Source of the DNA: Verrucomicrobiales bacterium
GTDB taxonomy: Bacteria > Verrucomicrobiota > Verrucomicrobiia > Verrucomicrobiales > V1-33
Direction of reading: 5' to 3'
NCBI GenBank assembly: GCA_031411295.1
Contig: JANOAV010000069.1
Location: 1 to 27,225, forward strand
Length of the DNA: 27,225 bases
The translations under genes were made by a program, and so were the position numbers. The notes beneath the pieces were generated by a model. The model was not told the origin of the DNA. It saw only the letters and a list, made by a program, of their open reading frames with translations, and searched no databases. Positions 1 through 7,634 of the stretch are shown here, in pieces; position 1 is the first letter of the stretch; the number at the start of each line of letters is the position of its first letter.

Positions 1-132
1 GCCGCCCTGATCAAGGAACGCCCGCCGAGGAGCTGTCCCCGCACCCTGCGCCAACCCGTCAAAGCCTGGCCCAAAACCAAAATCCCCAGCTCCCAACCGC
101 TCGTCAAAACCATCACCATCACCAATCCTTAA
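1..132 (+). CDS. C-terminal fragment of a probable IS4-family transposase (partial)
   Basis: Frame 1 reads AALIKERPPRSCPRTLRQPVKAWPKTKIPSSQPLVKTITITNP*. This basic, Pro-rich R..PR...K tail is typical of IS4 transposases. The TAA stop (130-132) lies inside the terminal IR. Confidence 0.6.
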   Translation, partial: AALIKERPPRSCPRTLRQPVKAWPKTKIPSSQPLVKTITITNP

Positions 133-140
133 AGGCATTG
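1..140 (+). mobile_element. Right (3') end of an IS4-like insertion sequence, truncated by the window edge
   Basis: Positions 4-140 are the exact reverse complement of 27089-27225. The element ends ...CCTTAAAGGCATTG (CAATGCCTTTAAGG read inward), which resembles IS4-subgroup (C/T)AATGCC...TTAAG termini. Identity between the two copies breaks at the base after CATTG. Confidence 0.75.
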
Positions 141-294
141 CCTTTTAAGCGGAGGATCAGGCTCAGCGTCACAGCCCCGGGCCACGGATCGTGTTGCTCC
201 GCTTAAAAGCGCTTAAAAGCGGGACTCCAACTCATAGCGCAGTAGGCTCCTCCCGCGGGGTGCTCCCAGGAGGTTGACTGAAGCGAGCCACTAG
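141..294. repeat. REP-containing repeat unit (GGAGTCCCGCTTTTAAGC type), copy 1
   Basis: Inverted repeat CTTTTAAGCGGAG (142-154) / CTCCGCTTAAAAG (197-209) and tandem GCTTAAAAGC x2 (201-220). Positions 211-294 match the reverse complement of 26996-27078 with about 7 differences, and homology ends at CTAG. Confidence 0.8.
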
Positions 295-320
295 GCCCAA
301 TCGCTGTTTTCGAGATTAGA

Positions 321-411
321 GATCCCGACGGGATCACATAAATTATCCGGGGGTTGGGCGTAGCGATACCCCCGGCATCCAAAATAAAACGAAGCATCTC
401 GGCAGGGACGC
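321..411. repeat. Three-hairpin REP-like element (single arm)
   Basis: Hairpins GATCCC-GAC-GGGATC (321-335), CCGGGGGT...ACCCCCGG (347-375) and imperfect GCATCTC-GGCA-GGGACGC (394-411). The layout matches each arm of 26745-26980. Confidence 0.6.
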
Positions 412-590
412 CAGAACGGTCCCCTTACCTACCATCCATCCTCGTAAATTCCACGCCAACCTCTGCCATTCACCCACTTTCCCGGCAGATTTTTCCCTCT
501 TGTCACAGTGGCAATTCGCCTCCTTCTTGGCCCCTGCCCTGTCGGGTCTTTTGCTGCCTTAGTCCATTTCTCTCGCGCAGCGCTCTCATT

Positions 591-2408
591 ATGAAACGAA
601 TCAGTCGTAAAGATATTTCCAAAATGTCCACCGGGCAGGTCCTTGAGGCTTCTCAAGAACCCTACCGGAAACTGTGGGGTTACCTCAGGCGCTACAAAGG
701 GCGTTTCTTTCTCGGGCTCTTCTTCGGGGTGCTCTGTGGGCTATGCAGTGGAGGTCTAAGTTGGGCCATTAAGCATGTGAGTGAAACGGTATTTCCAGGA
801 ACCCTGGGGCACGTCAAGCATTCCGATGCCCCCCTGCAAATGATTCTGACGACCTGCGTCCTCATTCCGCTGATCATGGTGATCCGCGCCATCTTCGGAT
901 ATCTGAACACTTACCTCATGGCTTGGACGGGCTTCCGCGTTTTGGAAGATATTCGAGGCGATCTCTTTGCGCGGCTCCTGGGTCAGTCGATGGAGTTTTT
1001 CAACAAATCCAAGGGGGGGGATTTGATGCAGTTGGTCTTCAATCAAACCAGAGTTGCACAAACGGCCATTTCCACTATTTCGGGCACGATTGTCAAGGAA
1101 CCTATAACCATCCTCAGCGCCATGGGGGCGATGTTCTGGGTGGATTGGAAATTCAGCATCGGGGCGTTGGTGCTGTTTCCGCTCTGCATTATTCCCGTCA
1201 TCATTGTGGGCAAGAAGGTGCGCAAAGTGGGAGCCTTGGAAGAAGAGGAAGCGGGCACGATTAATGTCACGATGCACGAGGCCTTCGCTGGGATTCGCTT
1301 GGTAAAATCAAACTCACGTGAAGACTACGAAGTGGACCGTTTCAACGATGCCAGTTCCAAAATGCTTCGACTGACGATGAAGTGGACGAAGGCCATCGAA
1401 GCCACCACGCAGATGGTGGAAGTAATCGCCTCGCTGGGGATTGCGGCGGCCTTGGTTTATATTTGGATGGCGGGTAAAACTGCGGCCGATTTCATCGCTC
1501 TCAATGCCTCTCTGGCCATGCTCTATCCACCCGCCAAGGCCTTGAGCCGCGTGCCTTTGCTGATGCAAAAGTGTCTCGCCTCCACCACCAAAGTCTTCGA
1601 GTGCATGGACCGCCCTGTTTCCGTGCAGGACAAGCCGGATGCCATTAACCTTCCAGCCAAGGCCGGTCGCATCATTTTCGAAAACATCAATTTCCACTAC
1701 GAAAAAGAGCGCCCTGCCCTGACTGATTTCAACCTAACCATTGAGCCGGGAGAACGCGTCGCTCTGGTTGGCCCCAGTGGTGCTGGGAAGAGCACCGTCT
1801 TCTCGCTTCTGCTCCGACTTTACGATCCCGTGACCGGACGCATCGAGGTCAACGGAGCGGACTTGAAAGACGTCACCCAGAAATCCCTGCGGGACCGTAT
1901 CGGAGTCGTTAGTCAGGACGTGTTCCTGTTCCACGATACCATTTACGAAAACATCCGTTATGGCCGCCTGGACGCCACGGAAGCAGAAATCATCGAAGCC
2001 GCCAAACGCGCGCACGCCCATGATTTCATCACCGCACACCATGAAGGCTACAAGCGCATCATTGGCGACAAAGGCGTGACCCTCAGCGGCGGTCAGCAGC
2101 AGCGCCTCGCCATCGCCCGGGCGTTCCTGCGTAATGCCCCCATCCTCATGTTGGACGAAGCTACCTCCGCGCTCGATGGTGACTCTGAGCGCTTGATTCA
2201 GGAAGATCTCGAAGAACTCGCCAAAGGCCGCACCGTGATCGCCATCGCCCACCGCCTCAGCACGATTCGGAATTCCGATAAAATCGTCGTTATGCAAAAC
2301 GGCACCGTTTCCGACATCGGCAACCACGAGCAACTTCTGCGCACCAGCGAACTCTACCAGCATCTGCACAACCTCCAACACGCCGAGAGCTTCGCTCCCG
2401 TCATTTAA
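591..2408 (+). CDS. msbA: MsbA-like ABC exporter (fused TMD and ATPase)
   Basis: N-terminal multi-TM domain, Walker A GPSGAGKST, signature LSGGQQQR, Walker B ILMLDEATSALD and AHRLST. Start moved from the track's TTG at 354 to ATG 591 (MKRISRK) because the upstream part overlaps repeats. The substrate is inferred. Confidence 0.8.
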   Translation: MKRISRKDISKMSTGQVLEASQEPYRKLWGYLRRYKGRFFLGLFFGVLCGLCSGGLSWAIKHVSETVFPGTLGHVKHSDAPLQMILTTCVLIPLIMVIRAIFGYLNTYLMAWTGFRVLEDIRGDLFARLLGQSMEFFNKSKGGDLMQLVFNQTRVAQTAISTISGTIVKEPITILSAMGAMFWVDWKFSIGALVLFPLCIIPVIIVGKKVRKVGALEEEEAGTINVTMHEAFAGIRLVKSNSREDYEVDRFNDASSKMLRLTMKWTKAIEATTQMVEVIASLGIAAALVYIWMAGKTAADFIALNASLAMLYPPAKALSRVPLLMQKCLASTTKVFECMDRPVSVQDKPDAINLPAKAGRIIFENINFHYEKERPALTDFNLTIEPGERVALVGPSGAGKSTVFSLLLRLYDPVTGRIEVNGADLKDVTQKSLRDRIGVVSQDVFLFHDTIYENIRYGRLDATEAEIIEAAKRAHAHDFITAHHEGYKRIIGDKGVTLSGGQQQRLAIARAFLRNAPILMLDEATSALDGDSERLIQEDLEELAKGRTVIAIAHRLSTIRNSDKIVVMQNGTVSDIGNHEQLLRTSELYQHLHNLQHAESFAPVI

Positions 2409-2534
2409 AAACGAAAAGCGTCCACGGGACTGCACCGAACGAGACGGAAACCTGTTATTTCATCTGGGCTTAACCGAAAATACGACTTTACTATCCCCCA
2501 TAGGAGAAAATCTTAAATTTCCGAGCTAAACTAA

Positions 2535-2563
2535 TGGACAAACCTCCGCACATTCGTTAAACC
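2535..2563 (+). promoter_or_regulatory. Possible sigma70-type promoter of pilC
   Basis: TGGACA-17 bp-TAAACC, 46 bp upstream of the ATG. Confidence 0.3.
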
Positions 2564-2609
2564 GAAGCAACTAAACCCCGAAAAATAGCACCGATTTACA
2601 CCCACTGAC

Positions 2610-3884
2610 ATGGCAAAGTTTGACTACATCGCGATGAACGCCAAAGGCGAAGAGACGGCAGGAGCCGTTGACGCTGGATCTGAACAGGACGCATACGCCA
2701 AGCTCCGTGGGCAGGGACTTTATCCCACCCAAGTGGCCCCGGAAGGGCAATTAAGCGCCAAGGTGAAAGCCACCAAGAAGGCGGCAGGAAAGTCTGCCAG
2801 TAAGAGCCGAGGCGGCAAAGGCGGTTCCAAGGGCGGCAAGGTAAAGGGCAAGAGTCTGATGATTTTCACGCGCCAGTTGGCCACGCTGATTGACTCTGGT
2901 TTGCCGCTCCTGCGCGGTCTGAACGTCTTGGGTAATCAAGAGCCGAACCCGAATCTGCGGGCGACGGTAACCCATCTGGCAGATTCCGTGCAGACGGGTT
3001 CGACGTTCTCCGAGTCGCTGGGGCAGCACCCCAGAATCTTCAACAAATTGTATGTCAACATGGTGAAGGCCGGGGAACTGGGCGGGGTGCTCGAACTGGT
3101 GCTCAATCGTCTGGCGGAGTATCAGGAAAAAGCGCAGAAGCTGAAGAACAAGATCGTCTCTGCGATGGTGTATCCAGTCATCGTAATTTTCATCGCCCTC
3201 GGCATCATCGTCTTCTTGATGAGTTACATCGTGCCGAAATTCACCCAGATCTTTAAGGAAATGTTGGGGGATACCGAAATGCCAGGGATGACCCAGTTTG
3301 TGATGAATGTGAGCGATTTCATCCTGGGATACTGGTGGGCGCTCCTTGGTGGGGCCTTCCTCATTGTGGTTGGCTTCAAGGCGTTCTCGTCCACCAAAGG
3401 CGGGCGCTTCTTTGTGGATAAAGTCAAACTCCGACTCCCGCTCTTTGGCCCGGTGCAGTTGAAGGCTGCCATCGCCCGCTTCACCCGGACGCTGGGCACG
3501 CTGGTCACCAGCGGGGTGCCGATTCTCCAGGCGCTGAACATCACACGCGACACCGCTGGCAATGTGGTCGTCTCCGATGCCATTATGAAAGTGCATGATG
3601 CCGTCAAAGAAGGTGACTCCATGGTCGCCCCGCTCGACGCCTCCAAGATCTTTCCCCCCATGGTTATCAGCATGGTCGAAGTGGGCGAGGAAACGGGTCA
3701 GTTGCCCGAAATGTTGCTTAAGATTGCTGACGTTTACGACGATGAAGTAGATAACTCTGTTTCCGCACTGACCTCCCTGCTCGAACCGATCATGATTTGT
3801 GTGCTTGCCGTCATCGTGGCCGTCATCGTGCTCGCGCTCTTCCAGCCGTTGATCACGATTATTACGAAGTTCCAACCGGGTTGA
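2610..3884 (+). CDS. pilC: Type IV pilus / T2SS inner-membrane platform protein (PilC/GspF family)
   Basis: Motifs FTRQLATLIDSGLPLL, MVKAGELGGVLE, SAMVYP, LVTSGVPILQAL, VGEETGQL and LLEPI, forming two T2SSF repeats. Confidence 0.92.
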   Translation: MAKFDYIAMNAKGEETAGAVDAGSEQDAYAKLRGQGLYPTQVAPEGQLSAKVKATKKAAGKSASKSRGGKGGSKGGKVKGKSLMIFTRQLATLIDSGLPLLRGLNVLGNQEPNPNLRATVTHLADSVQTGSTFSESLGQHPRIFNKLYVNMVKAGELGGVLELVLNRLAEYQEKAQKLKNKIVSAMVYPVIVIFIALGIIVFLMSYIVPKFTQIFKEMLGDTEMPGMTQFVMNVSDFILGYWWALLGGAFLIVVGFKAFSSTKGGRFFVDKVKLRLPLFGPVQLKAAIARFTRTLGTLVTSGVPILQALNITRDTAGNVVVSDAIMKVHDAVKEGDSMVAPLDASKIFPPMVISMVEVGEETGQLPEMLLKIADVYDDEVDNSVSALTSLLEPIMICVLAVIVAVIVLALFQPLITIITKFQPG

Positions 3885-3915
3885 GTTCGAGTTTGGCCAA
3901 AATCGAAAAGAGTTA

Positions 3916-3944
3916 TTGACTTTACATTGTAAATACAATACATT
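3916..3944 (+). promoter_or_regulatory. Sigma70-like promoter of the prepilin gene with overlapping dyads
   Basis: TTGACT (3916-3921)-17 bp-TACATT (3939-3944). Dyads TTTACA-T-TGTAAA (3921-3933) and ATTGTA-AA-TACAAT (3926-3939) lie in the spacer. Confidence 0.55.
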
Positions 3945-3989
3945 CGCCTAGGTTTCGGTCTTTTCTACCCTAAAACTCATTTTACTCCC

Positions 3990-4622
3990 ATGAAAACGTT
4001 CCCTCTCGCCAAAAGCAGCCGCCGCGGATTTACCCTGATTGAGCTTCTGGTCGTGGTCTCGATCATAGCCGCCCTGGCTGCCCTGACCCTCGCTGGGGTG
4101 ACCGTAGCCCAAAAGCGTGCCAAAATCTCGGACACGGTGGCTCGAATCAAGGTGATTGATGATTGCCTAACACGATACAAGGGCGATAATGGAGAGTATC
4201 CAGAACCGGTCAACGAGGCCCTTACGGGAACCTTTTTTGGTTCCGAATGGCGGGCGGGCGCGGCGGCCTGCCTTTACCAAGTCCTGACAGGTGACGGCAA
4301 CGATCAAATCAAAGGCTACAAAGTCCGTGGCAATGAACAGTTGGGATCCTCCATTGGTGAATTTGGCAGCACCGAAGGGAAAATTTACCTGGAAGACGCC
4401 AACGTTCAGCGCAGCTCTTGGTTTGTCAATCCAAGTGGCAACTGGGTCCTGATCGATGGCTTCCGCCTCCCCTTCCAGTATCGCCCCAAGACCCCCACCG
4501 TGACCGCAGATTCCATGCATAACGATACCACTTACGATCTCTGGAGCTATGGCACGCTCAAGGCACCGAGTGATGATACCGACACGGATGCCATGAAACA
4601 GTGGATTACGAACTGGAAGTAG
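3990..4622 (+). CDS. Prepilin-type N-terminal cleavage/methylation protein (GspG-like pseudopilin or pilin)
   Basis: RRG|FTLIELLVVVSIIAALAAL class III signal, Y..DNGEYP, and a C-terminal D..R.PFQY...YDLWSYG motif typical of GspG-like proteins. Confidence 0.88.
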   Translation: MKTFPLAKSSRRGFTLIELLVVVSIIAALAALTLAGVTVAQKRAKISDTVARIKVIDDCLTRYKGDNGEYPEPVNEALTGTFFGSEWRAGAAACLYQVLTGDGNDQIKGYKVRGNEQLGSSIGEFGSTEGKIYLEDANVQRSSWFVNPSGNWVLIDGFRLPFQYRPKTPTVTADSMHNDTTYDLWSYGTLKAPSDDTDTDAMKQWITNWK

Positions 4623-4637
4623 GCTGATTGCCACAGG

Positions 4638-4666
4638 TTGACGAACGGGGATTTCCTGCCCATGGT
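4638..4666 (+). promoter_or_regulatory. Possible promoter giving a near-leaderless trpS mRNA
   Basis: TTGACG-17 bp-CATGGT ends 8 nt before the ATG, and no SD is present. Confidence 0.35.
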
Positions 4667-4674
4667 CGCTGGCT

Positions 4675-5640
4675 ATGCGTATTTTATCGGGACTCCAGCC
4701 CTCAGGTCGGCTGCATTTGGGAAACTACTTCGGCATGATGGAACCGGCCTTGCGCCTCCAGCATGAAGGAGAGGCGTTTTATTTTATTGCCGACTATCAT
4801 TCACTGACCACGATTCATGATCCGGTGGCGCTGCGGCAACATTCGCTGGATTTGGCGATCGACTTCCTGGCCTGCGGGTTGGACCCGGCCAAAGCGACCT
4901 TCTTCCGTCAGAGTGATGTGCCGGAGGTGACCGAGCTTTCTTGGATTCTCAGCACCGTGACCCCCATGCCGTGGCTGGAACGCTGCCATTCGTATAAGGA
5001 TAAGACCGCCCGTGGCCTGGAGGCATCACTGGGATTGTTCGGCTATCCGGTGCTCATGGCTGCAGATATTCTCCTCTATGACAGTGACGTGGTCCCCGTG
5101 GGGAAGGATCAGAAGCAGCACGTGGAAGTCACGCGGGACATCGCGATCCATGTAAATCACCTTTACGGAGACCAGACGCTGAAACTCCCAGCCCCCCGCA
5201 TCAAGGAGGAAACAGCGACGGTGCCGGGCACCGATGGTCAGAAAATGTCCAAGAGTTATGGCAACATCCTCGCCATCTTCGAGGACGAAAAGCCGCTGCG
5301 TAAAAAAGTCATGGGCATCAAAACTGACTCCACTCCCATGGAGGCACCGAAGGACCCGGAAGGATCGCTCATTGTGGACCTCTACAAGTTGGTGGCCACG
5401 CCCGAGCAGGTGGAGACCATGATCACGGATTTCCGGGCCGGTGGCATTGGTTATGGCGACTTCAAACAACGGTTGTTTGTGGCCATCTGGGAGAGATTCA
5501 CCAAGGAGCGCGCACGCCGCGCAGAGTTGGTAGCAAACTTGGATTTCGTCCACCAAGTGCTGGCGGAGGGTGCAGCGAAAGCCCGCCTCGTCGCACGTCC
5601 AGTCTTGGAGCGCGTGCGGAAAGCGGTCGGACTTCGCTAA
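4675..5640 (+). CDS. trpS: Tryptophan--tRNA ligase
   Basis: SGLQPSGRLHLGNY (HIGH-like), YPVLMAADIL, VPVGKDQKQH and KMSKS. Confidence 0.97.
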   Translation: MRILSGLQPSGRLHLGNYFGMMEPALRLQHEGEAFYFIADYHSLTTIHDPVALRQHSLDLAIDFLACGLDPAKATFFRQSDVPEVTELSWILSTVTPMPWLERCHSYKDKTARGLEASLGLFGYPVLMAADILLYDSDVVPVGKDQKQHVEVTRDIAIHVNHLYGDQTLKLPAPRIKEETATVPGTDGQKMSKSYGNILAIFEDEKPLRKKVMGIKTDSTPMEAPKDPEGSLIVDLYKLVATPEQVETMITDFRAGGIGYGDFKQRLFVAIWERFTKERARRAELVANLDFVHQVLAEGAAKARLVARPVLERVRKAVGLR

Positions 5641-5679
5641 GCCCAAGTCGGCGGGAGCCAAACTTACGCGACACGACAC

Positions 5680-5708
5680 TTGCTGAATTCGGGTGTGCTA
5701 GTTAAATT
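5680..5708 (+). promoter_or_regulatory. Possible sigma70-type promoter
   Basis: TTGCTG-17 bp-TAAATT upstream of 5754. Confidence 0.3.
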
Positions 5709-5753
5709 AGCCTCGGTCTCACCTCCAATTTCGAACCGCCAACCTATTCACCT

Positions 5754-6395
5754 ATGAACCACCGTCCATTTTCCATGCTTGCCTTACGCTCTATCCTCGG
5801 CGGTCTGGCTGTCAGCGCTGCCGTGGTGCCTGCGGCTCAGGCCCGCTTGGATGAAACTCTGGCCCAATGCCAGGCGCGCTACGGCCCAGTGATTACAAAG
5901 ATCCCCGGGCGGGCCCAGGATCCGGAGCGAATGACGCATCTCTTCCAAACGGAAATGAGTGACGCGCAGAATACCCGGATTCCCGTGCGCATTCGAATCG
6001 AGTTTAATAAGGAAGGCCGCGCTTGTTATATTCGCTACACGGGTCCTTTTCCGGCAGCGGCCATCCCGACATTTCTCCAGTTTAATGCGGGCGATGGCGT
6101 CTTTGGGGAATCCGAGGTGTTCAATGATCGCCACTTCTTTCGCACCAATGCCGCCGCGCCCTATCAAGCGGCCCAATACGGCGTAGGGCCGAATCGGGTG
6201 CTGGAAATTTACACTTACGGCTGCGTGCAGGAGCAAAAAGTGCTGCGCAAAGCGCAAATTCAGGCCATCCAGGCGGATCCTAACTGGGAACCATTCGCTG
6301 CGCCTGCTGGAACCTCCCATCCCGCTACCACGGCCCCAAAATCCTCCACGCCAAGTGGCGGCAACGCTCCGGCGTTGAAATTCAACGGACTCTAA
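5754..6395 (+). CDS. Hypothetical secreted protein
   Basis: Signal-peptide-like N-terminus (…AVVPAAQA|RLDETLAQCQARYG) and a low-complexity P/A/T tail. It fills the gap on the same strand as its neighbours. Confidence 0.7.
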   Translation: MNHRPFSMLALRSILGGLAVSAAVVPAAQARLDETLAQCQARYGPVITKIPGRAQDPERMTHLFQTEMSDAQNTRIPVRIRIEFNKEGRACYIRYTGPFPAAAIPTFLQFNAGDGVFGESEVFNDRHFFRTNAAAPYQAAQYGVGPNRVLEIYTYGCVQEQKVLRKAQIQAIQADPNWEPFAAPAGTSHPATTAPKSSTPSGGNAPALKFNGL

Positions 6396-6401
6396 CCTGC
6401 G

Positions 6402-6932
6402 TTGCCACCTATCTTGGACTCCGTCTCGAGTATCTTATTTCAGGGCCGCTTCCTCCGCATCTCCGAACGTGCTGGTTGGGAGTATGCCGATGTCCATTGT
6501 GCCACGGGGGTGGTCGGCATTTTGGCGGAAACCGCCGAGGGCGAAATCATCCTCATCGAGCAACTCCGCCGCGCCATTAATGAGCGCATCATTGAATTGC
6601 CTGGCGGCCTGGCGGGCGATGAAGGCGCTGAAGAAGCGCGCGAAATTGCCGCCCGGCGTGAGTTGGCCGAAGAAACCGGCTATTCCGGAGGCACTTGGAG
6701 CACGTTAGGCATGGGTGCCACTTCGCCCGGCTTGAGCCCCGAGCAGGTGGAAATTTTCCACGCCACTGGTGTCACCCGCACCAGTGATGGCGGGGGCGTG
6801 GCCGGAGAGGATATCACCGTCCACCTCATCTCCAAAGCGGAACTGCGTGCATGGCTGGCTGCACGTCGCCACACCGGACAGCTCGTGGACTTCCGCGTCT
6901 TTGCGGCACTGTGGTTGGCAGGAATCGCGTGA
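6402..6932 (+). CDS. NUDIX hydrolase (ADP-ribose pyrophosphatase-like)
   Basis: Nudix box ELPGGLAGDE...AARRELAEETG and downstream TSPG. TTG start, exact start uncertain. Confidence 0.9.
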   Translation: MPPILDSVSSILFQGRFLRISERAGWEYADVHCATGVVGILAETAEGEIILIEQLRRAINERIIELPGGLAGDEGAEEAREIAARRELAEETGYSGGTWSTLGMGATSPGLSPEQVEIFHATGVTRTSDGGGVAGEDITVHLISKAELRAWLAARRHTGQLVDFRVFAALWLAGIA

Positions 6933-7071
6933 ATAAACTAAGTGCCTTAACCTCGAAATTGGGGTTCCGTCCGGCCGATGGCAAATCCGTCATTTCGTGA
7001 AGTCTGGGATTGACTACTGCCGAGCAAATCGCAATTTCCTTTCACTGTTAATTTCCATTACCATCTTACCC

Positions 7072-7479
7072 ATGAACAAACTCACACTCACTCTAGCCGT
7101 TACTATCCTCTCCGCTGGCCGCGTTCTGGCGCAGTCGCCTGACTTCGTTAAGGACATCGCACCCATTCTTGAAGAATCCTGCGTGAAGTGCCACAACAGC
7201 ACCAAAGCCAAAGGCAAGCTGAACATGGAGACCAAAGAAGGCGCCATGGCTGGCGGCAAAGAATCCAAGGGCAAATTCATCGTTGCTGGCAAGCCAGACG
7301 ATAGCGCCATGATCAAGTCCATCCTCCTGCCAGCGGATGACGAAGACGCCATGCCTCCCAAGGACAAAGCACCCCGTCCCGATGCTGCGAAACTCGAGCT
7401 GCTGAAAAAGTGGATCGCTGGTGGAGCCACTTGGCCAGACGGTGCCAAGCTGAAAGTGCCAGCCGCTCCAGCGAAGTAA
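7072..7479 (+). CDS. Secreted planctomycete-type monoheme cytochrome c (PSCyt1-like)
   Basis: Signal peptide MNKLTLTLAV..., DFVKDIAPILEESCVKCH (CxxCH), AMPP putative Met ligand and WIAGGA. Start set at ATG 7072. Confidence 0.85.
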   Translation: MNKLTLTLAVTILSAGRVLAQSPDFVKDIAPILEESCVKCHNSTKAKGKLNMETKEGAMAGGKESKGKFIVAGKPDDSAMIKSILLPADDEDAMPPKDKAPRPDAAKLELLKKWIAGGATWPDGAKLKVPAAPAK

Positions 7480-7503
7480 GCTGATTGCCCATCAAATTTT
7501 GCG

Positions 7504-7538
7504 ACGCCCGCTGCGCCCTTGAGGCCAGCGGGTGTTTT
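7504..7538 (+). terminator. Probable intrinsic terminator
   Basis: ACGCCCGCTG...CAGCGGGTGT stem followed by a T-run, just after the cytochrome gene. Confidence 0.5.
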
Positions 7539-7634
7539 GCCTTCTGCGCGGGAGATGCAAGGTGAAGCAGGCGCGATGCTCCTGCCATAGAACCACTTGC
7601 ATTCCGATCATTCGGGTCATCACTGCGCTCACTT

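Noticed and set aside
354..590. 79-aa N-terminal extension of the ABC exporter in the ORF track
   Set aside because: It has a TTG start inside a repeat and non-protein-like composition. ATG 591 gives a normal MsbA size.
2751..3938. 395-aa antisense ORF over pilC (similarly 1734-2435, 9088-9864, 15879-16676, 25016-25804)
   Set aside because: These are shadow ORFs caused by GC-rich codon bias, with no motifs, lying over confident genes.
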